From: Acidobacteriaceae bacterium
GTDB taxonomy: Bacteria; Acidobacteriota; Terriglobia; Terriglobales; Acidobacteriaceae
DNA length: 64,000 nucleotides
Direction: 5' to 3'
Assembly: GCA_027307045.1 (NCBI GenBank)
Contig: DAHUXR010000006.1
Location: 14,185 to 78,184, forward strand
Of this stretch, positions 18,577-27,502 are shown one piece after another (positions within the stretch are counted from its first letter, which is position 1; every line of letters starts with the position of its first letter). The notes under the pieces were generated by a model that saw nothing but the letters and a program-made list of their open reading frames with translations, searched no databases and had not been told where the DNA came from. The position numbers and the translations under genes are program-made.

Positions 18577-20283
18577 GTGAAGCTGAGTACCCCATCTCTC
18601 CGCGTTCCGATTATTCTGTGTTGCATTGCAGGATTTACATGGATCTCTGTTTTTAGCCAGACGCCGAAAGGAGTTGCTCCGGTTGGTGGTACGTCGAGTA
18701 CGCAATCGGAACTCTGCTCCCTTGTCGAATCGGGCCACCTTGATATTTTGCAGTGGCCTGACTTCTCAGACCTTCGCGGCGAAGTAAGGGACTTCTATTT
18801 GCCTTCAAATTACGCCAGAGCCTGGACAATGGAGAATAAACTTACGCCGCAGGCACAGGCCATCATCCAAGTGCTGGGGGTGGCCGAAACAAAAGGTCTG
18901 CGCGCCGGGGACTATGATGGGCCGCTCTGGAATGAGCGCGTGGCGCGCATTGCGGCGCTGGGCTCCAAGCCATCGCCCTCCGATCTGGACCGCTTTGATC
19001 TGGCGCTGACAGTTTCCGTGTTGCGATATGTCTCCGCTCTGCACAGGGGCCGGGTCGATCCCAGACGTTTACGGGTTGATCTGAATATCGACCATAATCG
19101 ATACAAATTAGGCGAGTTTGTACGGTCAAATTTGGCGAAAGCGCCGGACGTAAATACGGTTTTTGAACAGGTTGAATGTGCCTATGCCGGGTACCGGCGA
19201 ACCTTGATAGCGTTAAAGCATTATATGGATCTTGCCCAGCAAGGCGAGGGTGAGCCGCTTCCGGCGATCACGAAAGCAGTCAAGCCGGGTGGTGCGTATC
19301 CTGGGTTGAATCAACTGGCAACAAGGCTGCAACGTCTGGGAGATCTTTCACCGGCTGACTGGCATGCAAGTGGATCGACTGTTTACGAAGGCGCGGTGGT
19401 CGAAGCCATCAAGAATTTTCAGGATAGACATGGTCTGACTCCCAACGGAATTATTGATCAGTTGACGTACCAGAACCTGGTGACTCCGTTCAGCCGCCGT
19501 GTCGTACAGCTTCAACTCGCTCTGGAACGCTGGCGCTGGCTTCCGCGTAACCTGCCGGGACGGATGATCGCCGTGAATGTTCCTGAGTTCGAACTGCGCG
19601 CTTATGACGACTACCGTGTAGCCATAGACATGCGGGTGATTGTCGGCAAAGCGTTCCCAGAACGCCGGACGCCACTTTTTCAGGACCAGATGGAGTATGT
19701 GATATTCCGGCCCTATTGGAATGTTCCGATCAGGATCACGCGCAATGAAATCATTCCTGACCTGAAGAAAAAACCGGGCTACATGGCCAAACACGCATTT
19801 GAAGTGGTGACCCGCCAGGACCAGGTGGTAGCGGCAGATATTTCAGACAGCTCGGTCATAGCCCGGCTTCGGTCAGGCGACCTTGAAATTCGCCAAAGAC
19901 CCGGTGCCGGCAACTCTCTTGGTCTGATTAAATTTGTCTTTCCCAATGACTATGACGTTTACATGCACGGCACACCGGAGCATGCGTTGTTTTCGCGTGC
20001 CGACCGCGCCATGAGCCATGGTTGTGTTCGAGTGGAAGATCCAGTAAAGTTGGCGGCGTGGGTGTTGCAGGGTAATCCGGCGTGGACGAATGAAAAAATT
20101 GAGGCGGCCATGAACGCAACCCAGTCTCAACGGGTGAACCTGCCGAAGTCAATTCCCGTACTTATCCTCTACGCCACAGCCGCAGTGGATGAAAGCGGCG
20201 AGGTTGGATTCTTCGCCGACATATATGGCCAGGACTCCAAGCTGGAGCAAGAACTGGCAAAGGGCTATCCCTATCCTTTGTAA
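18577..20283 (+). CDS. L,D-transpeptidase family protein (YcbB/LdtD-like: PG-binding domain + YkuD catalytic domain)
   Basis: PG_binding_1 'AIKNFQDRHGLTPNGIIDQLTYQNL'. YkuD active site 'YMHGTPEHALFSRADRAMSHGCVRV'. Signal/anchor at the N-terminus. GTG start. Confidence 0.85.
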   Translation: MKLSTPSLRVPIILCCIAGFTWISVFSQTPKGVAPVGGTSSTQSELCSLVESGHLDILQWPDFSDLRGEVRDFYLPSNYARAWTMENKLTPQAQAIIQVLGVAETKGLRAGDYDGPLWNERVARIAALGSKPSPSDLDRFDLALTVSVLRYVSALHRGRVDPRRLRVDLNIDHNRYKLGEFVRSNLAKAPDVNTVFEQVECAYAGYRRTLIALKHYMDLAQQGEGEPLPAITKAVKPGGAYPGLNQLATRLQRLGDLSPADWHASGSTVYEGAVVEAIKNFQDRHGLTPNGIIDQLTYQNLVTPFSRRVVQLQLALERWRWLPRNLPGRMIAVNVPEFELRAYDDYRVAIDMRVIVGKAFPERRTPLFQDQMEYVIFRPYWNVPIRITRNEIIPDLKKKPGYMAKHAFEVVTRQDQVVAADISDSSVIARLRSGDLEIRQRPGAGNSLGLIKFVFPNDYDVYMHGTPEHALFSRADRAMSHGCVRVEDPVKLAAWVLQGNPAWTNEKIEAAMNATQSQRVNLPKSIPVLILYATAAVDESGEVGFFADIYGQDSKLEQELAKGYPYPL

Positions 20284-20381
20284 TAACTTAGAGAAAAAGT
20301 CATCAAATCAGAATCGACCAGCATCCAACCGTAAGTCCCCCAATTCCTAATTTGCCGAGAAGGTGTTAAGGTCTATTTGTT

Positions 20382-20915
20382 GTGCTGTACCTAATTGCGT
20401 CACTTGTTGCCCTCTTAGTTCCAGCCCCGGCGTCAAACCCCGGGGTACGGATTGCGGCTCCCACGGGGCCTGTTTACGAACTGCGTCTTTATCACACGCA
20501 TACTAACGAACGCCTGGATATTGTCTATCGGCATGGGGATAGCTACGATCCGGTCGCGCTCGATAAGTTGGAGCACTTTTTGCGCGATCATCGGACGAAT
20601 GATGTGCGTCCTTATGATCCGCGGGTTTTCGACCTTCTTCACGACCTGACGAGTTCCCTGGGAAGGCCGAATTCAGAAATCGACATTGTTTGTGGTTACC
20701 GAACGCCATGGAGCAACGCGTTTCTACGCAGCCGTTCTTCCGCCGTAGCGCAGCACAGCCTGCACATGCAGGCAATGGCAATCGACATCCGTCTGCCGGG
20801 TGTCAGCACTACGCAGCTTCGTGATGCGGCATTGAGGCTGCACGAAGGCGGCGTTGGATATTATGCGCGTGAACAGTTTGTGCACGTCGACGTGGGGCGC
20901 GTGCGTCGCTGGTAA
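20382..20915 (+). CDS. DUF882 / peptidase M15A family protein (YcbK/MepK-like)
   Basis: 'CGYRTPWSNAFL...HSLHMQAMAIDIRLPG...GGVGYY..QFVHVDVG' carries His/Asp zinc ligands in the M15-type order. GTG start. Confidence 0.75.
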   Translation: MLYLIASLVALLVPAPASNPGVRIAAPTGPVYELRLYHTHTNERLDIVYRHGDSYDPVALDKLEHFLRDHRTNDVRPYDPRVFDLLHDLTSSLGRPNSEIDIVCGYRTPWSNAFLRSRSSAVAQHSLHMQAMAIDIRLPGVSTTQLRDAALRLHEGGVGYYAREQFVHVDVGRVRRW

Positions 20916-20921
20916 ATTGCA

Positions 20922-20956
20922 CAAGGGCCGCATCTGACTGACAGTTGCGGCCCTTG
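20922..20956 (+). terminator. Terminator-like hairpin after the DUF882 gene
   Basis: 'caagggccgca' (20922-20932) pairs with 'tgcggcccttg' (20946-20956). 11-bp stem, 13-nt loop. Only a weak T-rich tail ('ctatttctc') follows. Confidence 0.5.
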
Positions 20957-21018
20957 CTATTTCTCTAAACCGTCGCGCAAGGCGTAATCTGTTTGTTCCG
21001 GGAAGTTCTGAACAAACC

Positions 21019-22023
21019 GTGATGCGCCAGATGAAAGCCGCAGTTCTCTCTTTGCCGCGTGATATTTCGAAACGCCCGCTTGAGATTCGCGAGGTCCCAC
21101 GCCCAGAACTTAAGCCTGGCTATGTTCTCCTGCGTGTGCGCGCCTGTGGCGTTTGTCGAACGGACTTGCACATTGTGGAAGGCGAGCTTCCGCCACGTTG
21201 CAGTGAAATTATTCCTGGGCACCAGATCGTTGGAGAAGTTGCCGATCCCGGCGCGACCGATCTTGCCGCAGGCACTCGCGTTGGCGTCTCATGGATTGGG
21301 GGCGTGGATGGAAGTTGCTGGTATTGCCGGCATGAGTTGGAAAACCTTTGCGATTCACCGACTTTCACCGGCTACAGCGTGAATGGCGGCTACGCCGAGT
21401 ATGCAATCGCGCGCGCAGATTTTACGTTTGCCTTGGAGAGCCGGCTTGACGACCTGCAGGCCGCGCCCCTCTTGTGCGCAGGCATTATCGGGTTTCGAAG
21501 CCTTCGTGTGGCTGAAGTAAAACGTGGGGAACGTGTTGGGTTATTCGGGTTTGGTGCTTCAGCCCACCTTGCGATTGCTGTCCTGCGAGCCTGGAACTGT
21601 GAGGTTTACGTCTCCACGCGTGGTGCATCTCATCGGCAACTGGCGGAGTCGCTCGGCGCAACATGGGTGGGCAGTGAGACGGATAAGCCGCCGGTGCAGC
21701 TTGACCGTGCTGTCACCTTCGCGCCCAGCGGTGACGTGGTTGTAGCCGCTCTGGCCAGTCTACGCAAGGGCGGCGTGGTCGCCATCAACGCAATCCACTT
21801 GGACCGAATTCCTGAGTTTGACTACGACACTCTCTTGTGGGGCGAGCGGCAAATTCGCAGCGTAACAAACATGACGCGCTCAGATGCCCGCGACTTTCTG
21901 AAAATGGCAGCAGAAATCGATCTCCGCCCAAAGACCACAGTCTTCTCTCTTGCTCAGATCAACGAAGCTTTGGCAGCGATCAAAAATGATTCCATCGATG
22001 GCGCAGCCGTCATTGTCCCCTAA
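21019..22023 (+). CDS. Zinc-dependent alcohol dehydrogenase (MDR superfamily)
   Basis: 'CGVCRTDLH' catalytic zinc motif, structural zinc Cys cluster 'CWYCRHELENLC', Rossmann 'GLFGFGASAH'. The start is ambiguous (GTG 21019 / ATG 21022 / ATG 21031). Confidence 0.88.
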   Translation: MMRQMKAAVLSLPRDISKRPLEIREVPRPELKPGYVLLRVRACGVCRTDLHIVEGELPPRCSEIIPGHQIVGEVADPGATDLAAGTRVGVSWIGGVDGSCWYCRHELENLCDSPTFTGYSVNGGYAEYAIARADFTFALESRLDDLQAAPLLCAGIIGFRSLRVAEVKRGERVGLFGFGASAHLAIAVLRAWNCEVYVSTRGASHRQLAESLGATWVGSETDKPPVQLDRAVTFAPSGDVVVAALASLRKGGVVAINAIHLDRIPEFDYDTLLWGERQIRSVTNMTRSDARDFLKMAAEIDLRPKTTVFSLAQINEALAAIKNDSIDGAAVIVP

Positions 22024-22183
22024 TGAGCAATGTCTCTTGAACCCGCCAATCAGAAGACCGGTCCGTGCGTAACATCAATATCTGCCGCGCTTCATGCTGA
22101 TTCCAAATCACTCCATGCGTGATCTTGATCACAGCCAAGAGCAATAGCGAGATCGAATAATAAATAGTTCGGAGGAGGTTCAG

Positions 22184-22693
22184 ATGAAAGGGCATATTTC
22201 GCCTAAGCCAAAGAAGGGCCCAATGGGATTTGTTCCCACATCTCTCACACAATTTTGCGAAGGGTCCGATCGCATCACCAATCAGCTCGCAAAACGTGCA
22301 TTTCAACTTTTTGAAGAGCGCGGCTACGAGAACGGCCATGATCTGGACGACTGGTTCAAAGCAGAAGCAGAGTTGCTTGCGCCTATTCCTATCAAGGTTA
22401 AGGAAACGGCGCGGGAGATTCGCGTCGAAGCTGAAGTTCGTGGATTCAACGACGATGAAGTGGCATTCAAACTGGAAAAGAACCAGGTTTCAATTCAAGG
22501 GATTAAGCGGACAAACAGCAATGATGCTACGCAAAGTAAATCAGAAAATCCGATGATTTATGGGAGCATCTCATTGCCATCAAAAGTGGTGCCGGAAAAG
22601 GCACACGCAACTCTTAAAAATGGAATCTTAGAAATCATTGCTCCAAGATCTACAACGGAAATAGCAAAAGCAATAGCCGTGAGCGCGGCCTGA
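22184..22693 (+). CDS. DUF2934 + Hsp20/alpha-crystallin domain protein
   Basis: N-terminal 'LAKRAFQLFEERGYENGHDLDDWFKAEAEL' (DUF2934 pattern). C-terminal ACD-like 'EIRVEAEVRGFNDDEV...HATLKNGILEIIAP'. Strong SD 'ggaggagg'. Confidence 0.65.
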   Translation: MKGHISPKPKKGPMGFVPTSLTQFCEGSDRITNQLAKRAFQLFEERGYENGHDLDDWFKAEAELLAPIPIKVKETAREIRVEAEVRGFNDDEVAFKLEKNQVSIQGIKRTNSNDATQSKSENPMIYGSISLPSKVVPEKAHATLKNGILEIIAPRSTTEIAKAIAVSAA

Positions 22694-22716
22694 AGGCGCA
22701 AGCCGAAGGGGATGTT

Positions 22717-22971
22717 ATGAATGACCGGGTCAAGGAAGTTTATCTGATGCTGGGGCACATATTGAACAACCCGAGATCTTTTGGCCTTGAGGAGAGACCC
22801 CCAAAAGCCCTGGATGAAGCTCTTAGCAAAATGCAATTGGATTTGATGCACGAACTCAGGGAAGAAATGTCTGAAGAGGACTTTCTGGCCATGGAACTGT
22901 CACAGGATGCCGACCGCGAGGCCTTTCCCGAAGTGACGTCGACCTCGTTCACCCTGAAGACAGGCACTTAA
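22717..22971 (+). CDS. Hypothetical acidic small protein (84 aa)
   Basis: SD-like 'gaagggga' upstream. It sits within the same-strand stress gene block. I recognise no family. Confidence 0.4.
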   Translation: MNDRVKEVYLMLGHILNNPRSFGLEERPPKALDEALSKMQLDLMHELREEMSEEDFLAMELSQDADREAFPEVTSTSFTLKTGT

Positions 22972-23080
22972 GCTTTTGCTGATTCGTGTCACCAGGGTCT
23001 ATTGATTGCTCCAGTCAGCCTAATATCGATGCTCGGCTGCTCTGCAAGTTTTTGGCGGGACGGAAAAATGGAGGTCAGTT

Positions 23081-23947
23081 ATGGACCACTCAAATGCACC
23101 CTCGTCCGTAAGAGAACCACACCTGGAAACGGTGCGAGTGCATTTTGATCACTTGCTGGTGGCAGTTGATCTGTCGCCTTCCTCGGCGAACACCGTAAAA
23201 ATCGCCACAGAATTGGCAAATAGATCCGGCGCCACCCTGGTAATTGCTCATGTGCTTAATCCAGCCCTCATGCTTCCTGCCGAGACCACAGCGAATGTGA
23301 AAGAGACTCTTAATGCATGGCTGGAACCGTGCATGAAAAAAGAAACGCGCTTTGTTGTTGAAGTGGCAGAGGGAAACGTGGTTGAAGAAGTCGCCCGGCT
23401 GGCCAGGGAATTCCGAGCTGATCTCCTGGTCATCGGTACTCACGCCGCCGGTGGCGCAGCAAAATTCGTTTTTGGCTCAACCGGCGAAGCGCTATTCCGC
23501 GAGATGGGTATCCCCGTGCTTACCATTGGACCGCACATCCAGGCGTGTGGTGAACGATTCTCTTCCATACTGCTGCCCACTGACCTTGAACCACATTCAC
23601 TCCGTGCCGCGCAATATGCTGTGGCGCTGGCGGAGGAATCCAACGGGAACCTCACGCTCTTGCACATCCCGAAAGAGGATGAAGAAGAGAATGCTTTTGG
23701 AAACAGGCAGCGGATGGAGCAACTTGTGCCGGAGGACGCTACTTTGTGGTGCAAGCCTGACTTCAAGATAGCAGGTGGCGATCCGGTTAAGACGATCCTG
23801 GAGAGCGCGCGCGAAGTGAAAGCCGACTTGATTGTTCTGGGCGTCACCCATGCTCGTCCGCTGTCAGAACATGCCAGTTGGTCGATTGCGTCCAAGGTCG
23901 TGCGCCACGCTGAGTGTCCGGTTCTGACAGTGCGGGATCGCTTATAG
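23081..23947 (+). CDS. Universal stress protein (tandem USP domains)
   Basis: Two repeats of the USP pattern, 'LLVAVDLS...LVIAHV' and 'ILLPTDLE...LTLLHI', each ending in the 'GS....VVRHAECPVLTV' type. Confidence 0.85.
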   Translation: MDHSNAPSSVREPHLETVRVHFDHLLVAVDLSPSSANTVKIATELANRSGATLVIAHVLNPALMLPAETTANVKETLNAWLEPCMKKETRFVVEVAEGNVVEEVARLAREFRADLLVIGTHAAGGAAKFVFGSTGEALFREMGIPVLTIGPHIQACGERFSSILLPTDLEPHSLRAAQYAVALAEESNGNLTLLHIPKEDEEENAFGNRQRMEQLVPEDATLWCKPDFKIAGGDPVKTILESAREVKADLIVLGVTHARPLSEHASWSIASKVVRHAECPVLTVRDRL

Positions 23948-24129
23948 CGGAAGCCATCACAAGCGTCAGGAAGCCATCTGAGTTCGACGACATCTGTTCT
24001 GCGGTACGCGATTCCAGGTGGATCTTTGCATACCCAGAATCTCTTTCGGCGGCGCGACTCTGTTGCTATGTGATAGTCATCACAGAGCATGCCAATTCCC
24101 GGGCATATAGTCAAAGCAAGGAGGTTCGT

Positions 24130-25014
24130 ATGGCTACCCTTCGTGCACCCATTGTTCCGAGTCCGGTCGCAAGCCTGAAGAACATCTTATTTGCAACGGA
24201 TTTTTCTGAGGCTTCAATGAAGGCGTTTCCATACGCCGCCTCCCTGGCCAAAAAGTTTGGCGCCTCCGTTTTCGCCTGCCACATCATTACTCCAACATCA
24301 CTGGCGACAGCGGCGCCCCAATCGGCGCCTTACTTCTATGAAGCCGAGTATGAGGCCGCCGCCAAAGAACTAGATAACATCCTGCATTCGCCGCAATTGG
24401 AAGGAATCAAGACCAAGGCGCTGCTGTCCTCAGGCATTCTGGGGGACGCGTTGCAGGAGGAGGTCAATCAAAATCACATTGATCTGATAGTTGCGGGCAC
24501 GCATGGACGAACTGGATTACGCCGTCTGCTGTTGGGTTCTGCCGTGGAAGGGATCTGCCGTGTGGCAACGTGCCCCGTATTGACCGTTGGCCCTGACCAG
24601 CCAAGTTCAAGAATAAAGTTAGATAACATTCTGATGCCCACAGACCTTTCAGAAGAAAGCATGCGCGCTCTGCCATTTGTTGTGGGTCTGGCCGGAGCCC
24701 ACGGGTCCAAGGTAACCGTACTTCATGTGCTGCCGGAGGAAACTGCCGGTAATCCTGACACGCAGAAGCTATCTCAGCCAGTTTACAAGAACATGGTCGA
24801 TATCTTTGAACCGCGGCTTGCGCCCTTGCAGGCGGAATTCGTGATCGAATCCGGGGAGACAGTGGAAACGATCCTGAAAGTTGCGCACGACAGGAACGCC
24901 GACATGATTGTGTTAGGTGTGAGGGATGCTTTCCTTCCGGGAGTCCACGTTCGAACGAGTGTGGCATATCGAATCATGGCAGCATCTCATTGCCCGGTTG
25001 TCAGTTGCAGATAA
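24130..25014 (+). CDS. Universal stress protein (tandem USP domains)
   Basis: 'ILFATDFSEAS...ACHII' and 'ILMPTDLSEES...VLHVL', with 'GTHGRTGLRRLLLGSAVEGICRVATCPVLTV'. The track start 23914 overlaps the previous gene. ATG 24130 is preceded by 'aaggagg'. Confidence 0.85.
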   Translation: MATLRAPIVPSPVASLKNILFATDFSEASMKAFPYAASLAKKFGASVFACHIITPTSLATAAPQSAPYFYEAEYEAAAKELDNILHSPQLEGIKTKALLSSGILGDALQEEVNQNHIDLIVAGTHGRTGLRRLLLGSAVEGICRVATCPVLTVGPDQPSSRIKLDNILMPTDLSEESMRALPFVVGLAGAHGSKVTVLHVLPEETAGNPDTQKLSQPVYKNMVDIFEPRLAPLQAEFVIESGETVETILKVAHDRNADMIVLGVRDAFLPGVHVRTSVAYRIMAASHCPVVSCR

Positions 25015-25259
25015 ATTGAGATAACCGGAAGCTCGAATGCGCTGACCATTTTTTCGCTACTCGAGACACTTAGGAACAAACTCCAGCGTGGCCACCGATG
25101 ATGTAGCCGCCAAACTTGCGGCCGCGACTTCAAAGCGATAATTTTCCGCTCCCTGTTTGCCTGCAAGCGGGGAGCTTTTTGTTCCCCCACTCCATTTTTA
25201 GACTTCTGTTGCAAACAAAGCACTTACTCAATTTCACCCAAGGGCGACCCTTGCGTGAC

Positions 25260-25320
25260 GCTTGGGTGGCCCTTGGGCCACGCTTGGGCCACCCAAGGGC
25301 CACCCAATCCCAATCCCAAT
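25260..25320. repeat. Tandem 11-mer array (x4) followed by (CCCAAT)x3
   Basis: gcttgggtggc / ccttgggccac / gcttgggccac / ccaagggccac (25260-25303), then cccaat x3 (25303-25320). 25263-25277 'tgggtggcccttggg' is the reverse complement of 25292-25306 'cccaagggccaccca'. Confidence 0.7.
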
Positions 25321-25987
25321 CTCAAGACCATTCCTCTCGGCAGAGGGTCGCAACTTCGGGAAGCTGCGCGGCGCAAAAATCGCCGCGCCTCAACTGTCAT
25401 CGTTCCTGCCGCAGGCCGGAGGCCAAGCCCTGAGCACAGTCGAAGGGGACCTGGCGCAGCCGGGAGCCGAACGATCTAAACCAAGCGAAGCCTACCGCTA
25501 ATAGCTGGCCGCCGATTGCTGATTGCTTTTGTCAAATATCTTTTGCGTTCACACCCTGGGGCGCTGCAGGACTATATCGGATTATTTATGGCGAATCAAT
25601 AGCGAATTTCATGCGACAGCAACACAACTTTGATTGCACGAGTCCCAGGTGCGGAAGCAACATTCGCGACTCTCTTGCGGGAACTTGCCACGCACGACTG
25701 AAATGCAACAATTGAATAGCCAGAGGCATCACTCTGTCTCCAGGAACCGTGCCGCTGGCTTGGCACTTCAACACAGGCCCGCATTGCTGAATAAGATGGA
25801 ACTCGGTGGCACGGACAGGGGACGATTTGCGCGGATATAATAGGAAAAGAATCGGTTGTACTCGGGACCTGACCCCGGATCAGTCGAAAGACACGTCCGG
25901 CCCGAGCGTGTCTGTAGCGTCAACCCGCTGAACAACGCAAATGCGGTAAGCAAGATGCAAAAGGTTGTTCATTCAAAGGAGGACACT

Positions 25988-26149
25988 ATGGCAAGTCAGG
26001 TGAAGGTCGTCAGTCATTGGGCAGGTGCAGTAGTTAACTGGTTGCAAAAACATACTTTTGCAATCGTTTTCACAATGTCACTGTTGCACATCGGGCTGGC
26101 ATACATGCATGTTCGGGTTCCGGGTAGAGACGATTTCTCCTCCCTTTAA
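25988..26149 (+). CDS. Candidate small membrane protein (53 aa)
   Basis: ATG preceded by a consensus SD 'aaaggagg' at the proper spacing. One hydrophobic helix 'FAIVFTMSLLHIGLAYM'. The track ORF (25856) is longer. This internal start is the only one with an SD. No homology known to me. Confidence 0.3.
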   Translation: MASQVKVVSHWAGAVVNWLQKHTFAIVFTMSLLHIGLAYMHVRVPGRDDFSSL

Positions 26150-26592
26150 GGCTTCGGCGCAGCTGCGCTCGTTCCCCTCACAGTTTTCCTTCAAAGAAGG
26201 AAGATCGCGACTAGAGATGCGAGGACGATTAAGGCCAACAACGCCTGTCGTTTTGTTGCGCTCCTTCCTTCAATGATGCGGACGGAAACAGCAAGCTCAC
26301 GTTGCAATCCCAGCGCGAGCATCGTAATTAGGCCGCTTGCGCTAAGCGCGATTTGACCAGCTTCGTTCCCAATCACACCTCGGGCGTCACGCTAACAGCA
26401 GCGTCACTGAGGACCACTAGCATCAAGAACACAAAGCAAGAACGTCGTACAGCTCAGGCTCAAAAAGTAATCAGCATTCAGTAGCAGCGCACGGTCGCCG
26501 CAGCCACATCGGAGCAGGACTCAAACAGACAGTGCGGTGAACTAAAATTGCGCATTGTTCGCTGAGTGTTCACTAGCCCGAAAGTGGACAGG

Positions 26593-26621
26593 TTCAGTAA
26601 GGTCGCCCAAAGTGCTACAAT
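26593..26621 (+). promoter_or_regulatory. Candidate sigma-70 promoter for tRNA-Gly
   Basis: -10 'tacaat' (26616-26621), 17-nt spacer, weak -35 'ttcagt' (26593-26598). The predicted TSS is ~17 nt upstream of the tRNA 5' end. Confidence 0.3.
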
Positions 26622-26644
26622 TTCCGCAGCTACAGTCATCACGG

Positions 26645-26719
<75 letters not shown>

Positions 26720-26772
26720 TCTTCTCCATTCGCTACACTTCGCTCTGCAATGATGGTCTAACGGGATATCGC

Positions 26773-27486
26773 TTACTTCTTTTTCATCCATGAACGCAAT
26801 AATCCCGGCACCAGTTCCGCCGCCGGACCAAGGTGGACTTCATCGAAATACAAGGCATTCGCGGGTTCCGTCAGGCCCAGAAATACTGTTCGAGCAGGCT
26901 GTGGCTTTTGCTTGAGCATGGTTACAAAGCTCGCCACCGGCTGCACTGATCCGGACGTCCCAATGGCAATTAACGTATCGCATTCTTCCAGTGCGTCATA
27001 AATACGGTCGAGCTGATACGGCTGTTCGCCGAACCAGCAGACATTCGGACGCACCAGCGCCCCGCAAGCGCAGTGGGGCAACTCGCCTGGAGCATAACCG
27101 TTGTAGTCAATGAACGGGGGGCGTCCGCAATCGGCGGCACACCGGCTCTCAAATAGTTTGCCGTGGATATGGACCACATCTTCCGAGCCCGCGGCTTCGT
27201 GCAGACCATCCACGTTTTGCGTGCACAAAAATAATCTACCGTCGCCAGCCTCTGTACTCCAAGAGGCAAGGGCAACATGCGCCGCATTGGGTTTTGCGCA
27301 GCGAGCGCTGACGCGGCGATCAGAGTAATACTCCCAAACCAGCGTTGGGTCCTTCTCCCAGGCTTCTATGTTCGCCAGTTCGTAATGGCTGTGACCGCGC
27401 CAACTGGTTCCCTGGAAGACAGGGATCCCGCTCTCTGCGCTGATTCCAGCCCCGGTCAGGACGAATATACTTCCCCGCATCTTCAT
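26773..27486 (-). CDS. cobB: NAD-dependent protein deacylase (Sir2 family)
   Basis: 'LTGAGISAESGIPVF' NAD-binding motif, 'TQNVDGLHEAAG', 'HGKLFESRC', and zinc Cys pairs 'CAADC...CACG'. Confidence 0.9.
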   Translation of the reverse strand: MKMRGSIFVLTGAGISAESGIPVFQGTSWRGHSHYELANIEAWEKDPTLVWEYYSDRRVSARCAKPNAAHVALASWSTEAGDGRLFLCTQNVDGLHEAAGSEDVVHIHGKLFESRCAADCGRPPFIDYNGYAPGELPHCACGALVRPNVCWFGEQPYQLDRIYDALEECDTLIAIGTSGSVQPVASFVTMLKQKPQPARTVFLGLTEPANALYFDEVHLGPAAELVPGLLRSWMKKK

Positions 27487-27502
27487 GCGAACTGTTCTCT
27501 GA

